From: an uncultured virus (IMG/VR IMGVR_UViG_3300046820_000335)
Lineage: Duplodnaviria > Heunggongvirae > Uroviricota > Caudoviricetes
Virus record (IMG/VR): IMGVR_UViG_3300046820_000335
DNA length: 64,000 nucleotides
Direction: 5' to 3' (one strand)
The notes under the pieces are model-generated. The model worked only from the letters and a program-made list of their open reading frames with translations. It ran no database searches and was not told where the DNA came from. The first letter of the stretch is position 1, and each line of letters starts with the position of its first letter. The position numbers and the translations under genes were made by a program. Below, piece after piece: positions 37,921-47,717 of the stretch.

Positions 37921-39537
37921 ATGCAAGTAAAAACAGTAACAATCGTAGGTGGCGGGTCATCTGGTTGGATGACAGCAGCAGCATTATCTAAATTATGCCC
38001 ACATCTCGATATTACATTGGTTGAATCTTCAAAAGTTGGAACTGTTGGTGTTGGTGAAAGTACACTAGGACATATCAATAAGTTTCTAAGATTGTTAGAT
38101 CTCAGAGATGAAGATTGGATGGCCGCTTGTAATGCAACCTATAAAAACTCTATTCGATTTACAAACTTCAGAGAACCTGATGGATCTTTCTTTGAGTATC
38201 CATTTAGTGCAGGATTAGACTTTACTGATAAACCACACGGCACACAGGCCTGGAGTGAGTTAGCTACACTTTATCCTGAAGAATATTCACCAAACACATT
38301 TGCTGAGTTTTACGTTACTGGCAACACCTTTCTTGCAAAATATAACAAGCAGACAAAAGACGAAAAAAATATATTAAGAAACTACGACTTTGCATTTGAT
38401 ACTGCCTACCATTTAGATGCACAACTATTTGGTCAATATCTTAAAGAAAAAATTGCATTACCAAATGGTGTGAAGCATCTTATCGGTGATGTTCATAGCT
38501 ATAAAAAAGACCAATCTGGAAGCATTGCTGAGATTTTTATGTCTGATGGTTCTACTCTCAAATCTGATTTATGGGTAGACTGTACTGGATTTAAGTCTAT
38601 TCTATTAGAAGGTTGGATGGGATCAGAGTTCAAACCCTTTGACAAATATCTAGCAAATGATATGGCATGGGCATGTAGATTACCCTATATCGATCGAGAG
38701 CGTGAAATGCATAATGTCACAGACTGCCATGCATTAGACAATGGTTGGGTTTGGAATATTCCTTTATGGAATCGTATTGGCACAGGTTATGTATTTTCAT
38801 CAAGATTTGTAACACCAGAAGATGCACAGCGAGAGTTTAGAAAACATCTTGCCGAAAAGCACAGTCCGGAGATTGCAGAAAAAGCAGAAATGTTTATGGT
38901 GAATATTAGACACGGACGTAGACGTCGTGCATGGATCAACAATGTTGTAGGTGTTGGACTTAGCTACGGATTTGTCGAGCCATTAGAATCAACAGGCTTG
39001 CTAACTACACATGAAAACATTATCAAGCTGGTTGAAAACTTAAATCGTAGAGAAGGTTACCTTACAAGAACTGAGATTGAAGGTTTTAACTTTGCAGTAG
39101 AATACGATGTTCTTAAGTTTAGAGACTTTGTATCTCAACACTATGCATTATCAAAGAGAACAGATACTCCTTATTGGAGATGGTGTACCCAAATTAACGA
39201 GTACTGCCCTGAAATGATGGGAGATCAAATGTTGATACAGGCACAATATCCTAACCTAATGGGTAACCTAGTAGGCAATCAAAGTTATGTTAGTGAATAT
39301 ATCGGCAACATGTTTATTGCCGCCGGCATGGGAGTTAAATCTATTTCTACTAAAGAACTAATATACTTTAGTGGAGATCGATTAAAGAAGTCTCAAAAGG
39401 AAGAAGAGATTAACTATACTAAACGTAGATATGAAGAATACAGAGATTTCATCGTTGATTATGTAAAAACATTACCTAGCCATTATGAATTTTTAAGAGA
39501 TAATATCTACGGCGGAAAAGATGATCACGCTATTTAA
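37921..39537 (+). CDS. Flavin-dependent tryptophan-halogenase family protein
   Basis: GGGSSG FAD motif, GVGEST, ATYK (PrnA K79-equivalent Lys), DCTGF, WVWNIP and GFVEPLESTG. Confidence 0.9.
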   Translation: MQVKTVTIVGGGSSGWMTAAALSKLCPHLDITLVESSKVGTVGVGESTLGHINKFLRLLDLRDEDWMAACNATYKNSIRFTNFREPDGSFFEYPFSAGLDFTDKPHGTQAWSELATLYPEEYSPNTFAEFYVTGNTFLAKYNKQTKDEKNILRNYDFAFDTAYHLDAQLFGQYLKEKIALPNGVKHLIGDVHSYKKDQSGSIAEIFMSDGSTLKSDLWVDCTGFKSILLEGWMGSEFKPFDKYLANDMAWACRLPYIDREREMHNVTDCHALDNGWVWNIPLWNRIGTGYVFSSRFVTPEDAQREFRKHLAEKHSPEIAEKAEMFMVNIRHGRRRRAWINNVVGVGLSYGFVEPLESTGLLTTHENIIKLVENLNRREGYLTRTEIEGFNFAVEYDVLKFRDFVSQHYALSKRTDTPYWRWCTQINEYCPEMMGDQMLIQAQYPNLMGNLVGNQSYVSEYIGNMFIAAGMGVKSISTKELIYFSGDRLKKSQKEEEINYTKRRYEEYRDFIVDYVKTLPSHYEFLRDNIYGGKDDHAI

Positions 39538-40312
39538 AAAGTTATTTTCAAGATGGAGTAAGAAGCCTTATATAAGATTCTACTCTCTTGAACCCGGTGT
39601 CAACGAAATATTTCCTATTGTTAAATCAGCAGCAGTTAAAAGAAACTTCTTAGCCGATGATCAGGTAGGAGACAAACCAGAGACTCTAAGTTCTAAAAAC
39701 TGCCCGGGTATTAAAAAACTTGTATCTACGGGATGGATTGTAACAGCACCTGCTGATTTTATTATTCAAACCAACGGCGACGGCACGTCGGTTGAATGGA
39801 TGGAACCGTATAGATTTAGTAAAATCAGTTCCGGCCGTGATGCATATGTTTCGTCTCATACAAAATCTCAAGTAGAACCATTACTTGATGATCCAGATAC
39901 AACATTAAAAACTGTAATCAAGTTAGAAACTCCCTGGCGTGTGGAAGCATCTGACGATGTATTGTTATTGCAGATGCCGGTGTCGTATAACAATGAAAGT
40001 AGATTTATATCGGCTACGGGATTCTTAGATACAAAATATGCACATGTACTAAACATTCAGTTATTCTGGAAAGTACTAGAGGGAAAGACACTGATAAAAG
40101 CAGGAACTCCTCTGTGTCAACTAATACCAGTTTCGAGAAAACATCTGAGTCTTTCAACTTATGATGTTTCTATAGAAAATGCTAGATCTGAAGATCTAGA
40201 AAGAGAGAGGGCATTTAACTATGCTGCTAACTGTGTATTCCTTCATAGCGATAGTCTGTCAGAAAGATTGACTAGGTCTATAAGAATACTTAACAAAAAT
40301 AAAGAGGATTAA
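39521..40312 (+). CDS. DUF6065-like (dUTPase-like fold) protein of unknown function
   Basis: KNCPGI...GWIV.AP.D, KLETPW, G.LDT and IKAGTPLCQLIP motifs. Confidence 0.55.
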   Translation: MITLFKKLFSRWSKKPYIRFYSLEPGVNEIFPIVKSAAVKRNFLADDQVGDKPETLSSKNCPGIKKLVSTGWIVTAPADFIIQTNGDGTSVEWMEPYRFSKISSGRDAYVSSHTKSQVEPLLDDPDTTLKTVIKLETPWRVEASDDVLLLQMPVSYNNESRFISATGFLDTKYAHVLNIQLFWKVLEGKTLIKAGTPLCQLIPVSRKHLSLSTYDVSIENARSEDLERERAFNYAANCVFLHSDSLSERLTRSIRILNKNKED

Positions 40313-40313
40313 A

Positions 40314-40562
40314 ATGAACTACATCGAACAACTAAAAAATACACTATCTCAAGTGTCTTCTGAAAAAACTACCAAAGAAGCAGAGTTGGCTAAACTTGAA
40401 GAGGATTTTGCCAATGTAAAACTAAACCCATATGGCATTACATCTATTGATTTTGCCAAGAGACAGGATCTTGCAACGGATGTTCTCAAGATGGAAGGTG
40501 TTGTTATGGGATTAACGTTAGCTATTGAGCTACACGGAGAAACTGCTGTTGCTTCAGCTTAA
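40314..40562 (+). CDS. Small coiled-coil hypothetical protein
   Basis: 82 aa; SD GAGG; two predicted helices around a LNPYG turn. Confidence 0.75.
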   Translation: MNYIEQLKNTLSQVSSEKTTKEAELAKLEEDFANVKLNPYGITSIDFAKRQDLATDVLKMEGVVMGLTLAIELHGETAVASA

Positions 40563-41133
40563 TGATGGCGGAATATTTTTATTTCCCCCTCTAGTGTGGA
40601 AATACAGGTATAACTTTGACCTAAAAAGTCTAGACCCAAAAATAGAACACCTATTTTCATTAGTAGAAATAAATTCAAAGTTAGAATACGGCGAGGCTGT
40701 TTCTACAGTATCTGTAGATCAGCATCTACAACCACATGGGTGGGAAGAGTTGTCTGATTTTCAAAACTGGCTAGGACTTAAACTAGAGCATTTAAAAGAT
40801 ACATATCGTTTTAAATATAGGCAATCTGAAGTAACACAATCTTGGTGTAATAAACACCTATCACAAGGTTTAACTTCAGAACATAATCATAACTATTCTA
40901 CATTTGTAGTTAGTTGCTATCTAAAATGTCCGCCTGGTTCTGGAAACATTGAGTTCAAAGATCCGTTAGAATACCATATGAATACTTTTCCTATGGAGCC
41001 CGACGAAACTCTTTATAGAGAAATACCTGTAGAAACTAATGATGTATTAATCTTTCCTGGATGGATGCGGCACCGCGTGCAGCCTAATAATACCGATCAA
41101 GAAAGATTGGTAATGACATTTAATATAAAATGA
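40549..41133 (+). CDS. 2OG-Fe(II) oxygenase-like protein (TIGR02466-like)
   Basis: SWCN...EHNH (HxH), FKDP, IFPGWMRHRV and RLVMTFN; probable TTG start at 40549 after GGAG. Confidence 0.85.
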   Translation: MLQLNDGGIFLFPPLVWKYRYNFDLKSLDPKIEHLFSLVEINSKLEYGEAVSTVSVDQHLQPHGWEELSDFQNWLGLKLEHLKDTYRFKYRQSEVTQSWCNKHLSQGLTSEHNHNYSTFVVSCYLKCPPGSGNIEFKDPLEYHMNTFPMEPDETLYREIPVETNDVLIFPGWMRHRVQPNNTDQERLVMTFNIK

Positions 41134-41930
41134 ATGATTTTAAATTCTGCTATCCTGATGCAAATAACTTCGATAAGGTTATAAAAATCAAATCGTTGGA
41201 TCAGTGGAATACTGAGTACACTTCATTAGATTATGGTATAGGCTTTTGGACAACAGAGCTACCGTTTGACGCTGCCCACCTAGATACTTTTAAAAATCTA
41301 ATTAAAAGTTTTCCTATACAAAAAGATAACAACCACCCCGATAACTTTGATCCGAATCCTTTCGATACTATTCATGTGCCCGAGTGGGTTTCAAAAAATA
41401 TTTGTTTCTTGATCAGAGATTTTTATCTTAAGAATATTAGACAAGACACTTATGATCCGCAGATACATGAATGGGGGAACGTCTACTTTAAAGAAAGAGC
41501 TAGACCTATTAGTTGTTGGAGGATCCCTCATATTGATTATGCTCATGGTTTAGTTGCTAACATGTGGTTCACGGACCACAATATTGCAGATAGCAGTACC
41601 AAACTCTATAAGTATCACGGTGAAATCAAAGATTATATTTACGATTTTCAAGTAGATACTAACCATAAAATGTTTGAAGAATGGCGTGCTATTGCAGAAA
41701 CGCCTACTAGAGCAGATGCTTGGTTTAATATGTCAGATGAAGAACTTGCTCGATGGGGGTTTGAAATGGTTGGAGCTATTCCTAACAAGATAGGTACTAT
41801 GACAATGTATCAAGCTAATGTCTGTCATTTAGCCAGCATATCTAAAAACATAGACTTTAGATGGAGTCATGCATTTGCATTTAGTCACGAAGTACTGAAA
41901 AATAAAACAATGAGAGATTTATTTAGATGA
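41130..41930 (+). CDS. 2OG-Fe(II) oxygenase-like protein
   Basis: RIPHID (HxD), distal CHLA and FRWSHAF; ATGA overlap. Confidence 0.7.
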   Translation: MNDFKFCYPDANNFDKVIKIKSLDQWNTEYTSLDYGIGFWTTELPFDAAHLDTFKNLIKSFPIQKDNNHPDNFDPNPFDTIHVPEWVSKNICFLIRDFYLKNIRQDTYDPQIHEWGNVYFKERARPISCWRIPHIDYAHGLVANMWFTDHNIADSSTKLYKYHGEIKDYIYDFQVDTNHKMFEEWRAIAETPTRADAWFNMSDEELARWGFEMVGAIPNKIGTMTMYQANVCHLASISKNIDFRWSHAFAFSHEVLKNKTMRDLFR

Positions 41931-42550
41931 ATATGGAATTCTATTTCCCTACACCGTTGTGGTGGGAAGATACTGATTTAGAAAATGCTGATTTAGAAAA
42001 ACTGGCCTATAGGCTAAGAGACGAAGATCCTGTTGGTCGACGATTAAGCAATCAGGGTGGTTGGCAAAGTAAAGACTTTCGACCAGGAACACATCCAGAG
42101 ATGGTAGTATTAGAATCTAAAATAAAAGCACAGGCAGAAAATGCTGTTAGAGATTTTGGTTACAGAGAAGATCTGTGTTTTATATTGATGGAAAACTTTT
42201 GGATCAATATTAATGAACGAGGACATACTAACTCTGTTCATACACACGATAACTCATTCGTGTCTGGAGCTTACTATATAAAAGCATCCGAAGGGCAGGG
42301 AAATATTACATTTTATAAAAGTTACAGCCAAGATTTTATCATAGCTTCTCAAGCAGTAGTGGATAGATATACCCCTATCAGTGCTAGTGCAATAACATTT
42401 AAACCAAAAACAGGTAAACTAATAATGTTTCCTGGATGGTTGCCACACGGTGTGGAAAGAAACGAATCCGACGAAAATAGAATCAGTATTTCTTTTAACA
42501 TTAAACTCATTAGGACAGACGATGAACGATATTGGCCAAAGAATACTTAA
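41927..42550 (+). CDS. 2OG-Fe(II) oxygenase-like protein (TIGR02466-like)
   Basis: SNQGGWQS, WININ...HTH, SGAYY, FPGWLPHGV and RISISFN. Confidence 0.9.
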   Translation: MNMEFYFPTPLWWEDTDLENADLEKLAYRLRDEDPVGRRLSNQGGWQSKDFRPGTHPEMVVLESKIKAQAENAVRDFGYREDLCFILMENFWININERGHTNSVHTHDNSFVSGAYYIKASEGQGNITFYKSYSQDFIIASQAVVDRYTPISASAITFKPKTGKLIMFPGWLPHGVERNESDENRISISFNIKLIRTDDERYWPKNT

Positions 42551-43241
42551 CGAAACAAACTTACTAATCAATGACAAGCCTCATTATTTTAAGAAGCTAT
42601 TAGAAAATCCTAGTGACCTATTAACCTGGAATGATGTAGAGAAATGTTTGAATAATCCCTATCTCTATGACTTCGAAATGATTGATCCGTATAATAAGAA
42701 AGTTGATATTCCAAGAAGTAAAAAAGCATGGATATGGGATAGAGCCGTACAAGACAAAGGATTTTTATTTGAAAAGTTTCATCAAGGCAATAGTTTGATT
42801 ATTATGAACTATGGTTTTTATAATGAAAAGACCATGCATTTATTAAAAATATTTGAAACAATGTTTAATGTAAATGCAGCCATACATGTTTATTGTGGTT
42901 TAACAGATGCAAAATCTTTCGGAATTCACGACGATTATCCTTGTAACTTCATTATTCAAGTTGAAGGCACTACTCGTTGGAAAATATATAACAACAGGAT
43001 TTCATACCTCTATAGAACAGGTACAATGAATGGTCAACTAGATCATAAGGATTTAGATCTTGCCATTGAAGTTGATCTGGAGCCTGGAGATGCATTGTAC
43101 ATCCCTTCGAGAATGTATCATGTTGCTGAACCAAAAGGAAAAAGATTAAGCATGAGTATTCCTTGTTGGAATAGATTTGCTACTGATCCACACGATCATC
43201 AAATTGATAGAAACTATTACAGGATAAATCATGACATTTAA
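42522..43241 (+). CDS. JmjC/cupin-4 (RoxA/YcfD-like) oxygenase
   Basis: SFGIHDD..NFIIQVEG...W, LEPGDALYIP...YH.A and RLSMS; ATG at 42522 after AGGA. Confidence 0.85.
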   Translation: MNDIGQRILNETNLLINDKPHYFKKLLENPSDLLTWNDVEKCLNNPYLYDFEMIDPYNKKVDIPRSKKAWIWDRAVQDKGFLFEKFHQGNSLIIMNYGFYNEKTMHLLKIFETMFNVNAAIHVYCGLTDAKSFGIHDDYPCNFIIQVEGTTRWKIYNNRISYLYRTGTMNGQLDHKDLDLAIEVDLEPGDALYIPSRMYHVAEPKGKRLSMSIPCWNRFATDPHDHQIDRNYYRINHDI

Positions 43242-43809
43242 ACCTATTGAAATACACGACATTGTTGATAAAAAATATCAAGATGAGATTTATAATCTAG
43301 TAACTCGTGTTGAGTTTCCTTGGCATTTTTTAGAAGATACTACATTTGAACGTGCAAACGAATCTCATAATTCAACTCCGGGATTTGTTAATCTAATATA
43401 TCATCCTAATAATGAAACGAATCCTTATGCTGATTTTTTCAAACCATTAGTTGATGCAATGGTAGAAAAAACAGGTTTTGAAATACATCAGATGTTACGT
43501 ATGCGTCTGGGGTTTTTATTAAACACAAAGTATCTGTTACCTAGTCAGCCTTACAAATACAACAATCCGCATAGAGACTTTGACCAAGAACACTACACTG
43601 CTGTATACTATATTAATAAGTCCGATGGAGAGACTGTTATTTTTCATGAAATAGAAGCTGCTGAAAAGTATCACGTTATGCACAAGAGTATGCCCGATCA
43701 AGGAAAACTTTTGTTGTTTAATGGTTGGCATTATCATGCAAGTACCTGTCCAAAAATGTTTACAAAGAGATTGGCATTAACTATTAACTTTGTAGGTAAA
43801 CCAAGATGA
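43231..43809 (+). CDS. 2OG-Fe(II) oxygenase-like protein
   Basis: NPHRD, YYIN.SDGETVIF, FNGWHYHAS.CP and RLALTINF. Confidence 0.85.
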   Translation: MTFKPIEIHDIVDKKYQDEIYNLVTRVEFPWHFLEDTTFERANESHNSTPGFVNLIYHPNNETNPYADFFKPLVDAMVEKTGFEIHQMLRMRLGFLLNTKYLLPSQPYKYNNPHRDFDQEHYTAVYYINKSDGETVIFHEIEAAEKYHVMHKSMPDQGKLLLFNGWHYHASTCPKMFTKRLALTINFVGKPR

Positions 43810-44513
43810 TTACTAAACATATAGATCAACTCATAAAAATGAATTCTAGAAGTTCGGAGTTTATTAAAAACTCTGGAATCAAAAATAGATTTCTCAATCC
43901 CTACATACCTACAATGGTATTTGACAACTTCTATGAGGATCCTGATCTTTGGAGAGAGTTTGCATTGAGTCAAGAGTTTTTTAAGGGCGATCGAGGGAGT
44001 TGGCCAGGACTAAGAACTAAGCTATTGCATGAAATAAATCAAGAAATATTTCGTGTAACAATGCGTAAGTTGCTGGCAATAATGGAACCCTACGGATTCA
44101 CAGAGTTTGTAGAACTACAAACGGGATTTCAAGTTATCGACGAAACTTATGGACGGGGTTGGGTTCATGATGACGATCCAAAACTAAACATTGCAGGAGT
44201 TATCTATCTTAATCCAGATGCTCCGATAGGTGCAGGAACTGTGATATATCAAGATCAGAACGATTTTAACGGTGAGCGTTACACTGAAATGTTTATGAAT
44301 GATGTTTTAGTAGCATCTCCTGAAGAACGAGAACAGTACTCTAAGTACAGAGAAGAGCAGGTTCAGTCTTTTAAGAAAACAACAACTATTGAAAGTGTTT
44401 ATAATCGTTGTATTATTTTTGATCCGCGTAACTGGCACAGCGCTGAAAAGTTTTTTGGCTCAACACATGCTGAATCTAGACTAACACAGGTATTTTTTAT
44501 TAAAGCAAAATGA
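43806..44513 (+). CDS. 2OG-Fe(II) oxygenase-like protein (DUF6445-like)
   Basis: DNFYEDPD..REFAL, WPGLRT, GWVHDD, AGVIYLNP.AP, YNRCIIFD...WHSA and RLTQVFF. Confidence 0.85.
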   Translation: MITKHIDQLIKMNSRSSEFIKNSGIKNRFLNPYIPTMVFDNFYEDPDLWREFALSQEFFKGDRGSWPGLRTKLLHEINQEIFRVTMRKLLAIMEPYGFTEFVELQTGFQVIDETYGRGWVHDDDPKLNIAGVIYLNPDAPIGAGTVIYQDQNDFNGERYTEMFMNDVLVASPEEREQYSKYREEQVQSFKKTTTIESVYNRCIIFDPRNWHSAEKFFGSTHAESRLTQVFFIKAK

Positions 44514-45124
44514 AAAAAATATTTCCCATGCCGATCAAAGTAGTTGATAACTTTTTAGAATCTCCCGATCTATGGAGGCACTTTGCTCTTAGACAAGAGT
44601 TTTCGAGAGACGAGTTAGCTCCGTGGCCGGGTGAACAATCAAAATTATTAAATGAGATCAATGCCAATCTATTTCAATCTATTGCATCGAAATTAATCAA
44701 GCATGTACATGGTTGTACATCTTTTCAGTTTTTAAAAGCAAACTTTACACTAGTAGACGAAACATACACTTTGGGCTGGTTGCATCAGGATGAACCACAT
44801 TATAATATTGCAGGAGTTGTTTATCTTAATCCTTCGCCTCCAGATAATTCTGGAACAATATTCTATAATCAAGTTTTACCATTCACTGAAGATTTTAAAA
44901 AAGTTTTTCATGAAGAGTTAAATGCGTTGCCCGAAGACAGACAATCTTATGTTAGATATAAAGAACAACAACGTTCTTTTTTCAAACAAGATATGATTGT
45001 TGAAAATGAATACAATAGATGTGTTATGTTTGATCCGCATCACTGGCATAGCGTTGATAGATTTTTTGGTAACTCAAAAGATACTGCAAGACTAACCATT
45101 AACTTTTTTGGAATAGCAGTATGA
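44510..45124 (+). CDS. 2OG-Fe(II) oxygenase-like protein (DUF6445-like), tandem paralogue of 43806..44513
   Basis: DNFLESPDLWRHFAL, GWLHQD, AGVVYLNP, YNRCVMFD..HWHS and RLTINFF. Confidence 0.85.
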   Translation: MKKIFPMPIKVVDNFLESPDLWRHFALRQEFSRDELAPWPGEQSKLLNEINANLFQSIASKLIKHVHGCTSFQFLKANFTLVDETYTLGWLHQDEPHYNIAGVVYLNPSPPDNSGTIFYNQVLPFTEDFKKVFHEELNALPEDRQSYVRYKEQQRSFFKQDMIVENEYNRCVMFDPHHWHSVDRFFGNSKDTARLTINFFGIAV

Positions 45125-45747
45125 CAACAGCATTATTTGGAAACTTTGCCAACTTTGGATTTATTAGAGATACTGTTCCTAAAGAACTTTTTGAAAATCT
45201 AAAAGAAGAAGTACTATCGTTAGATCTATCTTCCACAGAAAATAAAATAAACTACAATCTTGCAGGTAATATTGAAAAAGAATATAAGTTAGGTAAAAAT
45301 CAAGCTGCTCTAGAACAGTATCTATTAGGTCTATGCAAAGATTATACTTCGAACTGGGACATTACACGAACTACTAAAGATCTGAGTTCAAATAATCTAG
45401 AGTTATATAACTATTGGGTTAACTTTCAAAAGAAAAATGAGTTTAATCCTATCCATGCCCATGATGGTAGTTATAGTTTTGCATTATGGATTCAAGTTCC
45501 TTACTATATTTTAGAAGAAATAAATCAACAGAGCAGTGTTGAATCAAACAGTCCGAGAGCAGGAATGTTTTCTTTTTTCTATAATAACATGTTTGGAGAA
45601 ATAAGAGAAGTAGAATTTCCAGTAGATAAACTATATGAGGGACAAATCTTCTTATTTCCCTCATGTCTTCAACATATGGTATACCCTTTTACCAGTTCGG
45701 ACGAGTATCGTATATCGATATCCGGAAATCTAAGAAAGAAAAAATGA
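45121..45747 (+). CDS. 2OG-Fe(II) oxygenase-like protein
   Basis: LAGNIEKEY, WVNFQKKNEFNPIHAHDG, LFPS.L.H.VYPF and RISISGN. Confidence 0.85.
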   Translation: MTTALFGNFANFGFIRDTVPKELFENLKEEVLSLDLSSTENKINYNLAGNIEKEYKLGKNQAALEQYLLGLCKDYTSNWDITRTTKDLSSNNLELYNYWVNFQKKNEFNPIHAHDGSYSFALWIQVPYYILEEINQQSSVESNSPRAGMFSFFYNNMFGEIREVEFPVDKLYEGQIFLFPSCLQHMVYPFTSSDEYRISISGNLRKKK

Positions 45748-46352
45748 AAGATATTATTGAAATAGAAAACATAATCCCTGTAGATTATCAAAATCATCTA
45801 GAAGAACTCATGACTAGTTTTGAGTTTCCTTGGTTGTTTAATAAAAATATGGTATCGGGTGATGATTGTTTTATAGATGATCCGAACAATCATGCAGGGT
45901 TTAATCATTTCTTCTTTGAGAATAGTAAGCCTGTTAGCAACTTCTTTAACTTGATATATCCCCTAGTACTCAGCATCACTAGTCGCGCAGAAGTACCCTT
46001 TAACAGATTATTTAGGATGCGGGCTAACATGACCCTACCCAACTGTAGATCAACGCAGGAATACCATATGCCTCACATAGATAGTTTCTTCCCGCATTGG
46101 AACGCTATCTATTATGTTAATGACTCTGATGGCGATACTGTTATATTCAACGAAGTAAACGAAACATATGATAGTGGTATTGACGATGTTATAAAAATCC
46201 AGTCAGGCAACTTTACGATTCGGCATAGAGTAACTCCAAAACGTGGAAAGTTATTGGTGTTTCCGGGAAAATACTATCATAGTTCTAGTCCTGTCCAACA
46301 CAACAAATACCGATGTGTGATTAATATTAATCTTGGAAATATGTTACTATGA
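45744..46352 (+). CDS. 2OG-Fe(II) oxygenase-like protein (same family as 43231..43809)
   Basis: MPHID, YYVNDSDGDTVIF, FPGKYYHSSSP and RCVININ; ATG at 45744 overlaps the previous TGA. Confidence 0.85.
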   Translation: MKDIIEIENIIPVDYQNHLEELMTSFEFPWLFNKNMVSGDDCFIDDPNNHAGFNHFFFENSKPVSNFFNLIYPLVLSITSRAEVPFNRLFRMRANMTLPNCRSTQEYHMPHIDSFFPHWNAIYYVNDSDGDTVIFNEVNETYDSGIDDVIKIQSGNFTIRHRVTPKRGKLLVFPGKYYHSSSPVQHNKYRCVININLGNMLL

Positions 46353-46906
46353 CTTATAGATTATATCAAAGCAGTACCATTGTAGAAAATCTCGATCTAA
46401 TAAAAGCAGATTTAGATATTGCACATAGTAACTTTAAAAAACTATTTCCTGAAAGTGATTCAACTTGGTCTTATTCTAAGTACAATATTTTTGCTTTAAC
46501 AGCACCTTCGACAATATTCTATTCTATCTATAAAGAGATGAGAGACTTGGTTCGATCGGAGTTAGGAAATGAGAGACCTTTATGGTTCGAAGCATGGATC
46601 AACTACATCAAATATGAGGATTTAAAAATATTAGATTGGCATGATCATTCATACGATTATCATGGGTATATTTCTATAGATCCTAAGAATACTAAAACTA
46701 TGTTTGAAAACTATGAGATTTCAAATGTACCTGGACAAATATATTTTGCAGAGGGGAATAGACGACATAAGGTTGAAGCTGTAGAACCTTACGATGGTGT
46801 TAGAACTACTATAGGATTTGATATACATACTATACCAAATAGTCCATTAATATCAAATTATGTTGAAAGACCATTTGTCAATATGAGTTTAATGCCACTA
46901 ACATGA
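46349..46906 (+). CDS. 2OG-Fe(II) oxygenase-like protein
   Basis: AWINY...LDWHDH (HxH), HGYI, RHKV and RTTIGFD. Confidence 0.7.
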   Translation: MTYRLYQSSTIVENLDLIKADLDIAHSNFKKLFPESDSTWSYSKYNIFALTAPSTIFYSIYKEMRDLVRSELGNERPLWFEAWINYIKYEDLKILDWHDHSYDYHGYISIDPKNTKTMFENYEISNVPGQIYFAEGNRRHKVEAVEPYDGVRTTIGFDIHTIPNSPLISNYVERPFVNMSLMPLT

Positions 46907-47541
46907 AAGAAGATTTTTTAATAATAAAAAATGCAGTTTCGTCCGAACTCTGTAAATTTATTGCATTAGAGTTCGAGATGATGGAAACGGTTTGCAAACA
47001 GTTATATCCTAATGCCAATCTAGCAGACTTATGTGATAATACATTTGCCAGATACAGTCCTCTGATGATGGAAACGCTGAGTGTCTGGGTACAACCCCAA
47101 GTTGAAAAGGCTGTAGGCATGACCTTGTTTCCGACGTACTCGTATGCTAGAATTTATTATCAGGGATCGGAATTACAAAAGCATGTTGATCGCCCTAGTT
47201 CCGAAGTTACTGTTTCTGTTTGCTTAGAAAAAGACTGTGATTGGCCACTTTATGTAAAAAACTCTAATGGAGTAACACACTGCATTGATCTAGAAGTCGG
47301 TGATATTGCAATATACAGTGGTCGTCTGCATGAACATTGGCGAGATCCTTTGCCTGCTAAAAGGCAAATACAAGCGTTTTTGCAGTATGTAGATGCTAAA
47401 GGCGACGATGCCTGGCTAAAGTGGGATACAAGACCTTGTTTGGGCTTGCCTTTTGAATACACTAGCCAGGCAGTTCAGAATGAGTTGAAACAGATATCAG
47501 ATGTTAACGATCTGATGAAACGATTTAACCAGCGACTTTGA
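46903..47541 (+). CDS. 2OG-Fe(II) oxygenase-like protein
   Basis: PTYSYARIY..GS.L.KHVDRPSSE.TVS, DWPLY, EHWRDP and QAFLQYVD. Confidence 0.85.
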   Translation: MKEDFLIIKNAVSSELCKFIALEFEMMETVCKQLYPNANLADLCDNTFARYSPLMMETLSVWVQPQVEKAVGMTLFPTYSYARIYYQGSELQKHVDRPSSEVTVSVCLEKDCDWPLYVKNSNGVTHCIDLEVGDIAIYSGRLHEHWRDPLPAKRQIQAFLQYVDAKGDDAWLKWDTRPCLGLPFEYTSQAVQNELKQISDVNDLMKRFNQRL

Positions 47542-47689
47542 TAGGGCCAGCTACGTTTCTTTGATTACCGTGACGCTCTTCGAAGATCTTGCGAGCTTCG
47601 TCCATGTTTTTTGCTTCACAAGTATCTTCCATGATTGCCATTGAATTTGGCGGCTCAGGTTTTCTAAGAATCATTTTATAAGTTGCCAT
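47525..47689 (-). CDS. 54-aa small protein, not in the ORF track
   Basis: MATYKMILRKPEPPNSMAIMEDTCEAKNMDEARKIFEERHGNQRNVAGPIKVAG; SD TAAGGAG and a CATAAATA box directly upstream. Confidence 0.8.
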   Translation of the reverse strand: MATYKMILRKPEPPNSMAIMEDTCEAKNMDEARKIFEERHGNQRNVAGPIKVAG

Positions 47690-47709
47690 TATTTTCTCCT
47701 TACAGTATA

Positions 47710-47717
47710 TATTTATG
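47710..47717 (-). promoter_or_regulatory. Late promoter box (CATAAATA)
   Basis: Overlaps the stop codon of 47713..49266; upstream of the 54-aa ORF. Confidence 0.6.
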
